A stretch of 64,000 nucleotides of DNA from Ginglymostoma cirratum (GCA_024137785.1 JAHRHZ010000021.1:41752442-41816441), one strand, 5' to 3'; positions 12,950 to 27,020 are shown, numbered from the stretch's first letter. Program-made: numbers and translations. The notes: generated by a model from the sequence alone, not told the origin.

Positions 12950-13560
12950 TAATTATGTTGTAAAATAGCTATACTTTTCAATTTATTCCCCTTGACAATA
13001 GCCTGAGCTTGCATGATAAAAGCAGATGGAAACGTTGGGAACTAGCTCTGGAAAAACTCAAGTTTTTTAAAAATTGGCTGAGTGTGCTGTATTCTGACAG
13101 GTTCACTGTGTCATCAATGCACCAAAATGCTTTCCACGCTGCAGTGTGAAATCCTGCAGCATCACGACAGCCGGCGTGGCTTCACTCAGAGAAACAGACA
13201 GGCAAGTGGGTGGGTATTCAGCAGACTCTTCAGGGTAATAATCTTCCTTTTCTTACATTAAGACATTTAGTCAACTTTCCTGATCCATGCCTCGAAAAAA
13301 AAACGGCAATCATCCAGGCAATTTTGTCAACCTCATTCTGACTGGCTTACATCTTGATATTTGCAAAGCAATGTGGCTTTTTGGACTTTCCCACTACAAG
13401 AGGTGGCAACGTTTTGATGCCATCATCTGGTGCAGACCATAGTAGTAATATGTTGTTTGTTTCCCTTTCCACAATTAGATGGGATGCGAATATTGCTGAA
13501 TAGGACATTATCCATCCTGAGATGTTCTCTGAAGGGTTCAAGCAAAACATTCATTTGAAT
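12950..13560 (-). mobile_element. pogo/Tigger (CENP-B-like DDE_1) transposase relic
   Basis: ORF 13347..13550 ILLLWSAPDDGIKTLPPLVVGKSKKPHCFANIK. Downstream, across frameshifts, KIAWMIAVFFEAWIRKVD and KLRLLSRGI match the ITVLLCANADG..LPPLVIGKSKKPRCF / KAWMT / LQPLDQGI series. Confidence 0.78.
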
Positions 13561-13904
13561 CCATCTGCTGCAAAATCTATTAAACTCGAATCTGATGGAC
13601 CTTCGGCCATAGATATGGTAATAGTGCACACAGCCCCATTAACCCTGCAAAATCCTCCTCAGGAACAAAACTGGGACAGCTGGCCCATACACTATTTTAC
13701 CAACAGCTTGACAGTCATATGCAATCGCATCTTATAGACAAGAAGTTTCCCAGGTACGTTTTGACCACATAACGCAAGCCAAATTCAACCCTTTTAATTA
13801 CTGTCCATTACTTTACTGTTGAATACGAGTAAAGTGATAGAAGGGATGGTTGCCAGTGCTATCAAGTATCACTTACTTTATATAACTTGCTCACTGACAC
13901 GCCG

Positions 13905-15780
13905 CTTGGGCCCCTCATCTCCAACCTTAATAAAGCCTTCATCCAAACATGGATATAAGCAAGAGTGACTGCTCTTGACATTAAGGCAGCATTTGACAGC
14001 ATAAAGCAGCAAGAAGCCCCAACAACACTAAAATCACTGGGAATCAGGCCGTAAGATCTCCACTGGTTCATTGATAACTACCCAGCACAAAGGGAGATGG
14101 CTGGGTGGATGGAAGTCAAACATTTCAGCTGCAGGACATCTCTGCAGAAGTTCCTCAGGGGAACACCTTCAGCTGCTCCATCAGCGATTTTCCCACTGTC
14201 CCAAGGTCAAAAGTTGGGGCATTTGCTGGTGATCGCGCTACATTCAGCACAACTTTGCGACTCCTCGATTCTGAAACAATCTTTGCCTATATGCAACACG
14301 ACCCAGATAACAACCACACCTCAGCTGAGGCTCAGCCAACCAAGTATGCCTGCAGTGTGGTTTGTGGACTATGAATTTATGTAGCTCATTTAGTCAATTT
14401 CTCTAAACATTTGTTTGACTCAAGTTAAAGTGGACCAGCAGCCAAGCATTTGTTCAAAAAAGTTAAAGGTTGGTTTATAAAAGGGATAATGCTGTTAATT
14501 AAAGAATGAAGATCACGATATTAAAACAAATACAGGCAAGACCAAAAGAGTGCTTTTCAGGAGAAAATCCAAAAGCTTCAGAAAAATGGGACCAACAAGT
14601 GCCTTGTTGCTTAAAGGAAGAGGTTAACCCTTGAAGTCAAAAGTTAGCAGCTGTGATTGCTCCTGAGGTAGCAGATAGAATTAACATGTAGAGCAGGCTT
14701 TCAGAGCGAGACAAGATTTCTTGTACCTCATTAACTCTGCAGTTAAGGCACCTGCAGATTGCCTGGGCTGTATTGGCAGAACTGCAGTTTATTTCTGGAA
14801 AAGAAACCTTACTGTTTAATCAAGATATTTTTCTTATTGTTGCAGTTACTGTATTATTGAAGATACTGCCTCTCAGTGACCTTAGTGGGGAGTTGTTTTT
14901 TTCATAAATGTCATTTCAGACCTAAAATGGTTGCTATGCTAACCTCTGATGTATCACTGCTCCACAAGCCAAGTCAATTATGCTGGAATTCCCTGTGGGG
15001 GTTTCTTCCAGACTCTTGCATGTGTCAGAAGCTTTGAATTTTTATGTCATCAAAAACCCATTTTAGTCCAAAGTGGTAATTGAATTCCAAATGGTTCCCT
15101 TTGTAACAGCTACTGAGATAACATACCAGTCTGTCTGATTTTTGCATAGCTGAGATGAATCAACAAACATCAGCCATGTACCTTCTGACAGCAAGAGAAA
15201 CACTGTATCTTTTGCTCAAAGACAAATTACACTTCCTTATAAAATATACAAAGTGGTACATGTAATATTAACATATATAGGTAATTATGGAGCTGTGTAG
15301 TGACAAAAAAGCATGTGGCAGGATATGACCATGTCCAATGAGAGAATCTCATCGCTGAATCCCCTATTATCAATGTCCTCAGGCTTATGGTTAACCAGAA
15401 ATGCAACTTGACCAGCCATATAAATACTGCGGCTTTCAATATCCTGAACATTACCACTGACCAGAAGCTGAACTGGACCCATGGTTTCAATATTGTGGTT
15501 AATAAAGGCAGATCAGAAGCTGGCATTTTTGTGGCAAGCAACACCTCCGTAACTCAAAAACCTGTTCAACATCTACAGTGCCAAACTAAGGAGTATGATG
15601 GAACACTTTTCACTTGTCTGTACGAACGCACAAGCACAACATCATCATCCAGGTCAACGCAACTCGCTTGATTGGTACCCTATCTACTACCTTAAATATT
15701 CAGTCCCTCCACCGATCAAACACACTGGCAGTATTGTATAACATCTACCTGAAATACATTTGACAACTCACCAAGATGCT
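13905..15780 (+). mobile_element. CR1-Zenon-like RT relic split by an unclassified insertion of about 1 kb (14315-15320)
   Basis: ALDIKAAFD at about 13970; VPQG...AFAGD (decayed GVPQG/FADD) in ORF 14105..14374. ORF2 resumes at about 15320 (ITTDQKLNWT). Confidence 0.75.
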
Positions 15781-15846
15781 ACAGTCTAACATTATCATCT
15801 GATATCATGATCTCCCTACTTGCATGTGTCTAATGCACACTTGTAG

Positions 15847-16054
15847 GTAAAAGTCATGATAACCCCAGGGGGCCACAAGGCTGCTCTGTTGCTGGAGAGA
15901 CACGACTGGTGGTTGTTTAACCCAAGGGTCACTACACTTCAGCAGAAGGGTGAGACATTCATGGCGACCTTAGCTGCTGTGGAAAATGAACCTGTGCTGT
16001 TGATGTCACTTTGCGTCACAAACCAGCCATCCAGTCAACTGAACTAACCAACCC
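15847..16054 (-). mobile_element. tRNA-derived SINE
   Basis: Minus strand starts ggttggttagttcagttg (A box) with an aggttcattttcc B-box-like motif; tail gagcagccttgtggccccctggggttatcatgacttttac. Confidence 0.6.
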
Positions 16055-17691
16055 GTAACACTTATAAAAGACAACGCTGTAACACCCTTGCCAAAATAGC
16101 ATCCAGTTTTCGCTCCACCAGAAGTACATGCACATTGGGCAAATATCATTTTGCAAGCAAAACTACACCTGTTGCACTCAAGATATGAACATTACATAGC
16201 TGAATTTTGCAGCCAGTTTTTTTTTTGAAGTGAAGAACCTTCTGCTTTCTGACTCAAAATATTACTGCCGTTAGCGTCACTCACTTCCCTGCTACATAGC
16301 GACAACTGCTGAAATGCCATGAGATATTGTTAAAGTATGATTTGTACAACCTGAAGAAGGATCTTTCAAAGACACGGCATAAAAAATCTGATTTGCATTG
16401 TTTACGGAGCCCTACAATAATATTGGGGGCCTTTCTTTTCTGATGTCTCTTTTGCGGTAATAAGTCAAATACAACGTGATGTTTTCTTTCCTTCTTACGG
16501 TCTGACGGCAGAGACTTCATGCCCTCCCCAGTTCCTACAAGAGCTCTACTGTCATTAGAACTACATCTGGCTTCAGTCACTCAAAAAGCCTACGGCTCTG
16601 GATTTTGATGGGGAGTTAGAAACTGCTGCCGAGGTCAACCAATCAGAAAGAAAACTGTATCTTTACAATTTTGTGTTGCATAACAGAAAAGACTTTGTTC
16701 ATTGATGCAAAGAAAGCAATGTCCATCATTGCTCAAACACGTAGGTATTTGTAAATCTGACTTTTAAAACATATAATTAAGCAACAATTTGTCTTTTCAG
16801 TCTGTACAAGGCAATACACATCTCCTAGACTGATTCTACGTCTGTGACCTAAGTGTTTAGCTTTTAAAACTGTTGATTGCTTTTTTTCCTTTCTCTCCTT
16901 TCTTGGAGGTGTTTCAGGGGTGGTGGTTGCTCACCAGCACTTTTTCTAAGTTGCCACCTTTTGCAAGTGAATCTTACAAAGTGCATGTCAATCGGTTTTC
17001 AAATCTAAACTTAAGGATCTAAGTTTAAACCTTTTGTTTTCTTCCTGTTTTTCCATTCCTCTCCTGAGAAGCTGGCTTATGCTGGTTTTGGTCATTGATT
17101 AACTAACTCAAATAGCCATCCATTATGTGAAAGCCTGGGTGTGGGGATCTGTTCCTCTTTTTTTTTCCCACAAACGTGTCGACCATTGAGCTTTTTATTC
17201 AACATCAGGCTTAAGAGTAAATCTTCATGGTAACCCTGCAATTCTCTTCTCCATTTAAGTACACTACTCATTAGAATCCAAAGGAAAACCTCCTAGCCTT
17301 CAGTAGGCCAAGGTAACTGTTTACATAATTCACTTCCTGAATTCTCACTCCTCTTTTCCAGTGAAAATGAAGAAGCAAATTAGCAGATACCTTGGAACCA
17401 ATGTAAAAAAGAAATACCAAGCTCGCTTCCAAGCAATGTACCATGTTATTTGGATGTAAATTGGCAAACCATCATTGCTGTGGTGTCAAAATCATGTAAT
17501 TCCCTACCAATTAGCACTGTGGAAGTGCCTTCACTACACAGGCTGAAGCAGTTCACGTAGACAGTTTACCTCAACCTTCTTAAAAAGGTAATAATGAAGA
17601 GCATAAACAAAATAACAAATTACAAAACAAGCCTAATAAAAGATCACATTTGTGGCTGCAGTATTTGAGGAATAAAAGATAAATGCAAATG

Positions 17692-18577
17692 ATTTGGCTG
17701 AGAATTTAGGAGGTATGGTTAGTAAGTTTGCAGATGACATCAAGATAGGTGGTATAGTGGACAGTGGGGGTAGGAATACTGTGAGATTTTGATTGACTCA
17801 GGCCAATGGGCTGAGGAATGGCAGGGGGAGTTTAAATTAGACAAATGCAGGGTATTGCATTTTGGGTAAGGCAAACCAGGGCTTAGACAGTCAATGGTAG
17901 GGCCCTGGGGAGTGTTTTGGAACAAAGAGATCTAGGGTACAGGTTCATATCTCCTTGAAAATCGAATCACAGGTAAACAGGGTGGTGAAGAAGGCTTTCA
18001 GCATGCTTGCTGTCATTGGTCAGACATCGAGTATGGGAGTTGGGACGTCTTGTTACAGCTGTACAAGATGTTGCTGAGGTCACATTCAGAGTACTGCATG
18101 CAGTTCTGGTCACCCGACTATAGAAAGGATATTACTAAACTAGAAAGAATGCAGAAAAGATTACTCGGATGCTACGTGGACTGGGAGGTTTGAGTTATGA
18201 GGAGAGGTTGGATAGACTGGGACTTTTTTTCCAAAGAGCATAGGAGACTGAGGGGTGATCTTATACAGGTCCATAAAATTATAAAGAGGCGTTGCTAAGG
18301 TAGATAGCCAACAGCTTTTCCCCAGGGTAGGGGAGTCTAAAACTAGAGGGCATAGGTTTAAGGTGAGAGGGGAAAGATTTAAAATGGGCCAGAAGTTGGT
18401 GAGTGTTTGGAACAGACTGTCAGAGGTAGCGGTGGAAGCAGGTACAATTTCATTGTTTAAGAAATATTTAGATAGGTACATGGATGGTGTATGTATGGCA
18501 GGATATGGACTAAATGCAGGCAAATGGGACTAGTTTAATTGTAAAAACTGGGCAGCGTCGGCAAGTTGGGCAGCAGG
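17692..18577 (+). mobile_element. CR1 (HER1-like) LINE, 5'-truncated RT and 3' UTR
   Basis: aagtttgcagatgac (KFADD), CRVLHFG, YCMQFWSP and LRGDLI motifs, with frameshifts and stops. Confidence 0.9.
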
Positions 18578-19599
18578 GCAGGCTATCAAATGACAGCTGT
18601 CATCTGAAGGACACTCCACGAGTGGTTCACTGACTTCAGAAGAGAAAGTAACAAGAATGGAAGGAAACTTCAATTGGGGAATATAAATGAGCATAAACCA
18701 TCAAATCTACATTGAATTGGAAAAGATGGTTATTTTAATCATGTCCTAAATGAAACTGAAATAGTGTACTTTAATTGCCTACAACAATTTTCAATAAATT
18801 ATGCAGGTCATATTAATTTTTATGAAACAAACTACACAATTAATAGAACTCTGGGAACCCTGATGCCGCTTGATTTGAGGGAAGAATTTGGATCGCAGTA
18901 TGAATTGTCTTTGATCCTATCTCTATAAACGATAGAGAAGAGACTGTTATTGGTTTTTGTTAGAAAGCACACATAAATTACAGTTCATTAAAACTATTAG
19001 TTTTGTTCAGAGTTTGGCAAAGGGAATGAATGTGGCATTGGATGTGGTTCCAATTGGTCTCTACAGTTGGGTATTATGAACCTTTTGTGAACCACAAAAG
19101 GCCAACAGAGCTAGAAAAGAGAACATTATAAACATTTATATCCACTTGCTGCCCATTTCGATAGACAAACTGTCTTGCATCCAAGAAAGATAATCATTGT
19201 CATGACAGTTAAGGCTCCAGTAAATGATCATTTACTAATTGCTTACCCTTCAGCTAATCTAAGAGCAGTGGAAGATTTTAACCTCATGGATGAATTGAAG
19301 ACCATTTAGAAATGGACAGCTACTACATGCTCCATAGATTATTCTCTTTAGCAGAAATCTAACTCCCTACTTTTTATGCAGTTCTTTCAAATGGCACCAA
19401 TATTCCAATTTGGCTTCGAAGGTAAAGATGAGTTCAAAAACTTTGGAAAGGAAAAGAGATAATGGAGATGAAGGGTAATTTTCAGGGACAAAGGGGTCGA
19501 GGGTGCTTTTTTTTTGAGGGGCAACAATAGCAGTTATGAACACAAGAGGGATAAGTCCTGAGAAACAAGAATACAACGGTAATTAAGAGAAAAAGACTT

Positions 19600-21360
19600 G
19601 CTGTCAAAATCCAGGTAGGCCATGTGTGACTATGGTCCACGTCAACATCATTGATTCTTAGCTGTTCTTTGAAATGGTTTAAGAAGCCACTTAAATTGAT
19701 CAAACCGTTATGAAAAATAGAACAGAATAGATCAACTGGCTGTAATCTAGGCATTCGTTTGTGACAAATATAGACAAGTCCCAATGATCCTGAAAAGTTC
19801 ACCTTACCAACATCTAGGTATTGATGCCAATGATGGTTGTCTATCCTACATATCCTTGTCAGGCTGCTCCTTAAAGAGGAAGATTCTGAAAATATGACCA
19901 ATGTGCCAAGCTCGTCCATTATTATTCTTGGATATGGCTTGTCTTACCTGTAGGATTAAACACTGGGAATAAAGAAAGTATGCACTCTGACGGAATGGCC
20001 TGATCAACATTCACTCGAAACCTCAAATAGTCTGATAGTGTCAACTCAAACCAGGACAATGAAACTTGCTGATTTCAATTTACTGCCTCCCCTCAGCACA
20101 TGAATCAGCACTCTTTCATAGTGCAGACCACTTTTAAGAAGATGATAACAGAAGCGACTTTAACATCCATCACCAAATGTGGCTTTCTAACAGCACAACT
20201 GACTAAGCTGGCCATGTTCTGACACACATCGCTGCTCGACTGGACTTGCAGAAGATAGAGATACAACCAACATGAGGGAAACCCTACTTTATCTTGTCCT
20301 CACCAAATTACCCAGTGAAGCATGACAAACTTGGTAGATGATACCAGAGCAAAGTCCTAGCGGAGACAGTGTCCTACAGTCATTGTGACAGCACCCTGTT
20401 TTCTGTTGTGTAGCACCATAAGCATGTTAAGTGAGATTCATTAAGAATACATATAACAACTCAGAACTACGTACCATGAGGCACCTGTGAACCATAAGAA
20501 GCAGAAGAATTATATTCCACTAAAATCCAAGATGTGAAGCATATCTTCACTCATCTGCTAGCACAGATGACCAATCCTGGTTAAATGGGAAATGAAGACG
20601 AGCTGTAAACATGGAAAGAACAGCTTAATTTCATAAGTGAAGGGAAGGACATGGACTTTACCATGCATGAGAGAATGAAACTGAAATCAGTAAATATCAC
20701 TGAAGAGCAATTTCTTAGCTGCGAACATACGTGGCACAATGCAAGATGGTTGTGGTTGCCAATCATCTCAATCCCATGACTTCACTGCAGCAGTTCCTCA
20801 AGGCAGTTCCTCTAGAGCCAACCATCAATAGTCTCCCTTCCATAGTAAGGTCAGTATTGGGATTTTTCCCCAGGATTACATTGTCTACCTCTATTTGCAA
20901 TTCCTCAGATAATTAAGCAATCCATGCCAACATGAAGCAAGGCTTGGATAATATCCAGGCCTAGGCCATTAGGTGGAATGCCACAGTTGCGGCACTAAAC
21001 TGCCAAGCAATAACCACGCCCAGTAGAACACCCTCAATGATCACTTCCTTCACCAACTGTATAAATCAACTGCGGTGCGCACAATTTGTGGGATACACAA
21101 TCAATTTAACAAGGATGTTCCAGTAGCACCTCTTAAACCTGCATCATCTGGGAAGTTAACGGCAGCACGTGAATCAAAACAAGACCACTTCCAGACTGTT
21201 CTCCAACGCTCACAATGTCAACTTAGAAATATCATTGTTCCTTTATGGTCATTGGTTACAAATCCTGAAAGCTGATACTTGAACAGATTACAGAATAACT
21301 TCAGCAAATGGGTAGTTCAATCAGGCTCAGCCCATTACTTTCTCAAGGGCACTTAAGGAT
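19600..21360 (+). mobile_element. Heavily decayed, internally deleted CR1-Zenon-like LINE (5' region, AP endonuclease, RT, 3' end)
   Basis: DFNIHHQ (gactttaacatccatcaccaa, about 20156) and LDL-type endonuclease motifs; RT segment cagttcctcaaggcagt (VPQGS) at about 20791; tail tctcaagggcacttaaggat at about 21341. Confidence 0.7.
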
Positions 21361-24063
21361 GTACTGACTGAATATAGTTTCAGAAGTTTGGAGCAGGCCC
21401 ACTTTGGTGAATGACCTTCTTTGCAGCTGTGAAATTCTACAGGGAACAGTTCCTGCAATCCATCCATCCAATCACCCACTGCAACATCACGAAAAGATCA
21501 GAAATCCTGGAGAAGCAGCAGAAGTGGCCTTTTTTAAACTTATATGCGCAAATCCTTGCATACAGGCAAAATGCACATTGAAAATGTAATGAGCCTGAAA
21601 AAAAAAGGTTGCTAGGTTGGAGCACAGTCAACAGTACAAGGTCCTTATGTCATATCAGTGAGGCCTCAAGTCCCTTTTCCAGGAAAAATTTAGCGGCTTT
21701 GATTGCTTTAACAGGAGATTATTTACATTGACAAGTGTAGCATAAACACAGCCTTAATGTAGCATCATAAAAACCTTTAAAAATAAATCTTCTGCTCCAA
21801 AGCATAGACATTTGACATCAGACCAAGAGGCCAATTCCATTACTTTATAGCTCTGACTTTCAGGCACACCAAGATATTTGAACCGTTGCTTGTCCGTTTC
21901 AGAACATAAATGTTGCACACGCTATAAAAAGCACCCTGTTTGCTGACTTTATGAAGGAGAAACAATTTGTCCTGATTTTAATTTTGAAGTCATTGGACTG
22001 TAGGCTTGCATCAGAGATTATGATCATAATCCTTAGTTAAGTGGCACCTCGTGTTCTCAGTGAAGACGTCAGCACAAGAGATTCCACCTCAGATCAGTAT
22101 CAGCACCTTTCAGGCACAAACCACTCAAGGGCAAAAATCAATAAATAAATGGGTCAGAGGAGCTGCCATGATGATTTGCTGTAAGCAGAGCATTTAACAG
22201 TGAAATCATCAGGAATGAACATTTGAGCAGCCATTTTTAAAGTTTTGCAAAAACATGAGGTTACTTTTGTAGCTTGAAATGTTAATTTTTCATAAAAGCA
22301 GAAAGTTAATTTGAACATAACCACATCTACAAATAATCTCTTCAATTCAGTTATTTGCCGTACATTCATCTGATATGAATATCAATATATTAGATTGAAA
22401 TATGTTACTTGTCAAGCAAACTACTGGCTCATCAACAAGATGGGAACAAAAAGTCTTAAAAGAAGCCCATGGCCTGAGTTTTTCCATAAACTAATACAAT
22501 GATACAAAGGCTATGAGCAATCAATAAATAGTATTAATTGCACTGTCACCATGATGGAAAAGAAAAATACTAGGCCTCTGGTATGCTGATAGCATGTTAC
22601 CATGTCGCTCAAATGCATTTCAATGCCTCACAACTACTGAAATGCATTATATCATTACTATATGCGGCAGTCTTTTTGTACACCATAAGTTCCCACAAAG
22701 AACTGGGAAAAAATTGTCAAGATGCCGAGAGGTTTCCTGATCTTCTTTCAATGGTACAATGATGGTGACCAATCAACACTATATTAAGAGGCACAGGATT
22801 TTCCTCCCCCTCTTGTTGGGTGAAATACATAACAGAACACCAAAAGGCTACTTAACACAATCACAAACAAATCAGGAATGGGCACAAGAGGGGAGCTTTA
22901 GAATTTATAAAAAGTTAATTTTCTACATAAATGCAGCTCTGAATCTTAATTATAGATGCCCAAGAAACTAAGTGTAGATTCACCATTGTACAAGAAGCAA
23001 CCACTTTGATACACAAGATACATTTAGAAGGGTTGTTATTACAAACAAATGAAAATTGGAGCTGAAATGTTTGCCTTCGCACAAAGGACAAAAAAGACAA
23101 TAATCTCAAATAAATTAAACAAAAAAATGTATTATTTTGCTTGGATGGTTAGACATTAAGTAGTCTCCTAAGGGTCAAGCTTCAAGTTTTACTCTCACCT
23201 TTACTCATCTTCCTAGACAGGAATTTCAGTCAGTAAGTTATGAACAAATTAACTGAGTGTGATAATGTCTGAGAGAGGGCAGAATGCCAGCTTAACCGGG
23301 AAATTATTTCCTCCAGGTCACAAAACCACAAAAGCTGTTGTGTAAACACAATTTGATTACTTAAGGTTTAAGGTCACAAACTCTAGTTCTCACTCTCTTT
23401 AACGCACTTTAATAATGCTGCTGCTGACGATACATTTTGTGTGACTGATGTCGTTAGTTACAGTATTTGGTAATTGCTAAAGCAACAACCAATGACTCTA
23501 ACTTACTTCCCAAAAGATGCAGCCCTGCAGGTGATACGTAGATTTTCAGTTTCTTGGGAGTTGAAGTGCAAGTTAAACTGAAAGCTTCTATTTCATTAAT
23601 TTATGCTCCTCCTGCTCTGCTGTATAACTTTCAACCAGTCATATTCAAGCTTTTTTTTAAATAAAACATACAAATATACTGTATATAAGGTTTGAGAAAA
23701 AAACAGTTTAATAACAAAGAGCAAATTAAGAATAAAATAAACAAAATCCTTGCCTGTTTAAACTTTCCTTCTCAAATGCTTTACATAGGCAAGTAAGCAT
23801 TATGTATTATGCAATTCCAAGTTGATGTGAGAAATCTAAGAGACCAGGGAATCTTTCTGGATAATAGAATGTGGACAATGGACAACAGCTGCTAATAAAG
23901 GACAGTGGCAATAAATTGAGCAAACTAGCTCAAATATTGTTTGACAAATCTTTTCAGCCGCTATCTTGTGTTCTTCACAAAATCAAATATGTGCTGAAAA
24001 TAAGTTCTCCAAGTCTCAGAAAAGGTAGTACAATTAACAAAGAAGAAATTATGGGGTCTACAG

Positions 24064-24125
24064 GTGCGAGGCTGGAGAAGCACAGCAGGTAAGTCAAAGT
24101 TTCGGACCAAAACCCTTCGTTAGGG
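24064..24125 (-). mobile_element. Degenerate PLE pLTR fragment with a mutated hammerhead core
   Basis: Plus strand gctggagaagcacagcagg...gtttcggaccaaaacccttcgttag. Minus-strand core reads ctaacgaagggttttggtccgaaac. Confidence 0.55.
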
Positions 24126-24294
24126 TCCTGCAAAATTCTAAATCCAACTTCAGATGCAAGTCTGTGATTGGACAGCATTTCCTAAATAATCAAATGCACA
24201 AAAAAAAAAATCAGGACTGTCAGTGTGGTGCACGTGTGGGTACTGGAAGCTAAAAATATTAAAACACAGGGCCCTGTTCTTCACCAACAAAAAT

Positions 24295-24560
24295 AGCACG
24301 TTGAGACAGTACACCTGTTTCAACTCAACAAAATAGGTGTTTCTTGGTGTAATTTTTCAACATATCAGAATCAGTCTGCCTGGTTTGAAATGTATACAAA
24401 GCTTGGCAGTTAACTGTCAGTAATCAACAGTCAGTGCATTCTCCTTGTCAAAGCTATCAGAGTCCACTTGTTAATCAGTCAGCACTATCCTTACTTTGTA
24501 CTTCTTATGGATTTCCCTGATGAGTGCCAAATGAAAAGCTTCAAAAGCATTTTTTCAACA
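24295..24560 (+). mobile_element. 3' end of a different Penelope-like family, with hammerhead core at 24517-24542
   Basis: ctgatgagtgccaaatgaaaagcttc reads as CUGAUGA - short stem II - GAAA - palindrome AAGCUU - C, at the end of a pLTR-like sequence. Confidence 0.65.
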
Positions 24561-24896
24561 ATATTTAATGATTTGGTGTCAGAGGATGAGAAGATAGTTG
24601 ATATAATTACTATACCTAAGAACAAAATATGTGCAGGGAATTATAGAGCCATCAGCTAATCATCGGCACTAAGTAAACAAATAGAATCCCAACTAAAAGA
24701 AAGAGACGTCTCCAACAAAGCCAAGTCGTAGTGAATCGTCACTCTCAAAAGAGAAAATTGTGTTTGACGAACATTGATTTTTTTTTACAAAGGAGATACC
24801 AGAAACTAGATAATGGTAGTGCCATGGTTGCACTAAGCAATTTGAAGCGCACACGTGTATCAAACAGGTTTAAATAATTTGCTTGTAAAGTGTGCT

Positions 24897-25010
24897 GGGG
24901 ACACTTGTGGTACAGTGGTAGTGTCCCTCACTTTGAGCCAAGAGGCCTAGGTTCAAACCCCACCTGTACCAAAGGTGTGTAATAATACACTTGAACAGGA
25001 TGATTACTAA
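24897..25010 (+). mobile_element. Short tRNA-derived SINE
   Basis: A box tggtacagtgg and B box ggttcaaaccc at tRNA spacing, but no acceptor-stem closure, so not a tRNA gene. Confidence 0.65.
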
Positions 25011-26512
25011 CACCCATGTTTACAAAATGCAGCATGTTAATTGCTTTTCCTTAATGAAGGGTGCATGAGCTAGATAAGTCTGTGCTTTCATTTACTGGCA
25101 GCATGTTCTACAAAGCAAATCATGGTGGGAATTGGAGCAAATTGTGTCAATCCCAACAGCTAAGAAAATAGAGTTTGTACTCAATATATAGATAGTATCC
25201 GACCATACAAATATCATTACTCATATCTTTGGCCATGAGCCAGAAAGCTGCCCTGACAACTCCATTATCTAGTGAGCCACTGGCCTAGAACTATCTGAAG
25301 GAGAAGCAGCATAGTGGATGTTCCCCTTGGCTACCAGAGCCGATCTTCCAGTCAATGATGATGCTGGGGTCATCAGCCATTAGCTTCAAAACCCTTGATC
25401 AACCATACCATCCAGATTTTCATATCTCAGTGGTAGTCACAATCCCTTAATGCAGCAATGGCAGAAGCCAATGGCAACAAACAGGTACAGAGAGGGGTCC
25501 AGCCTCTCTCTATTTTATGACACCAGTTACTGTGTTGAGGTTAGGTTTGTCAAAGACTTTAATGGAGTTAGTAGATTCATGAATGGGGGAGTGGGTAGGT
25601 GAGTGGGAGAGGGAGTGTGTGTGGACCTAGACCCATGGGGCAAGGGGAGGGCTGAGTGGGTGATGCAACAACATCCTTCAGAACAAATAGCAAAAACATC
25701 CTTCAGAAGAAGGTTGAGCCTGACTTACATCTTTTAATAGACACCGCCTCAGAGATGAAAACCTTGAGGTTTCAGAGAAACTACTGAATTAAGGCAATGA
25801 GAAGAAAATGGAAGCCATTAATGCATTGAGTGAAAATAGGTACAAATTGAAGCAAATTCTATTTGATTGGGAAGGATTCTTGCTCAGCATTTGAAGACCT
25901 TGAAAGTTTTTGTGGGTTTTTTTGTGCCAAACTCTAATGACTATTGACACTGGGGGGTTGGGGAGGAAATGCTGGAGATTCCAGACGTAGGGATTATGGT
26001 GCCAGGATAAAGGATTGACCAATTAGGAGAATTTCTGAGGAGAAATCTCTTTACTCAGAGGTTGGTGACATTTTGCATTTCTCTGACAAAGACTGCATTG
26101 GATGTTCACTCAATGAATATAATGAAGACTGAGATGGCAAGATATTCAGGTGCTAAGAGAATCCAGGGCTATTGGAGGAAGATAGAATTGATTTGGAATT
26201 TCAACCATCATCTAGTTAAATAACAGTGCAGACTCAATAATGATTGTCTACTGCTTTTAAATAGAAAACCTGTAATAGAAAAACTTTTGATCATTTTTGC
26301 AAGTAAATACATTGTGTCCATCCACTTAATCAGAAAGAGCTTTGTTGGGTCTCTTCTCAACCATCTTTTAAGAGAACGAGATTATTCATCTTTTTCTGCT
26401 GGGTATAACTTGAGGTTGTAGTATTGTCCCTGTAAAACTTCCTCATAGCTTCTGCAGTAAATGCTTCTTAAACGTTTCACATCCACAGCTGCTACATGTT
26501 CTAATTTTTGCT

Positions 26513-27020
26513 TATAGGAAAAATGTTGTTAAACTCGAAAGAGTTCAGGGAAAATTTACAAAGATGTTACCGGGACTGGAAGGTTTGAGTTATAGCGAAA
26601 GGCTGAATAGGCTGGGGCTATTTTCCCTGGGACGTTGGTGGCTGAGGGGTGACCTTGGAGAGGTTTATAACATCATGAGGGGCATGGATACAGTGAATAG
26701 CCAAGTCTTTTTCCCAGGGTAGGGGAGTCCTAAACCAGAGGGAATAGCTTTAAGGTGCGAGGAGAAAGATATAAAAAGGACCCAAGGGGCAACCTTTTCA
26801 CACAGAGGCTGGCGTGTGTATTGAATAAACTGCCAGAAGTAGTAGTGGAAACTGGTACAATTACCGCATTTAAAAGGCATGTGGATCGGTACATGAATAG
26901 AAATGGTTTAAAGGGATATGGGCCAAATCATGGCAATTGAGACAAGATTAATTCAGGATATCTGGTCAGCATGGATGAGTTGGACCGAAGAGTCTGTTTC
27001 CATGCTGTACATCTCTATGA
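26513..27020 (+). mobile_element. CR1 LINE 3' end
   Basis: LERVQGKFTKMLPGL...LRGDL...GNLFTQR, followed by the 3' UTR ttggaccgaagagtctgtttccatgctgta. Confidence 0.88.

Noticed and set aside
19081-19101. Perfect 9-bp hairpin ccttttgtg-aac-cacaaaagg
   Set aside because: Short and AT-rich with no context; plausible by chance in 64 kb.
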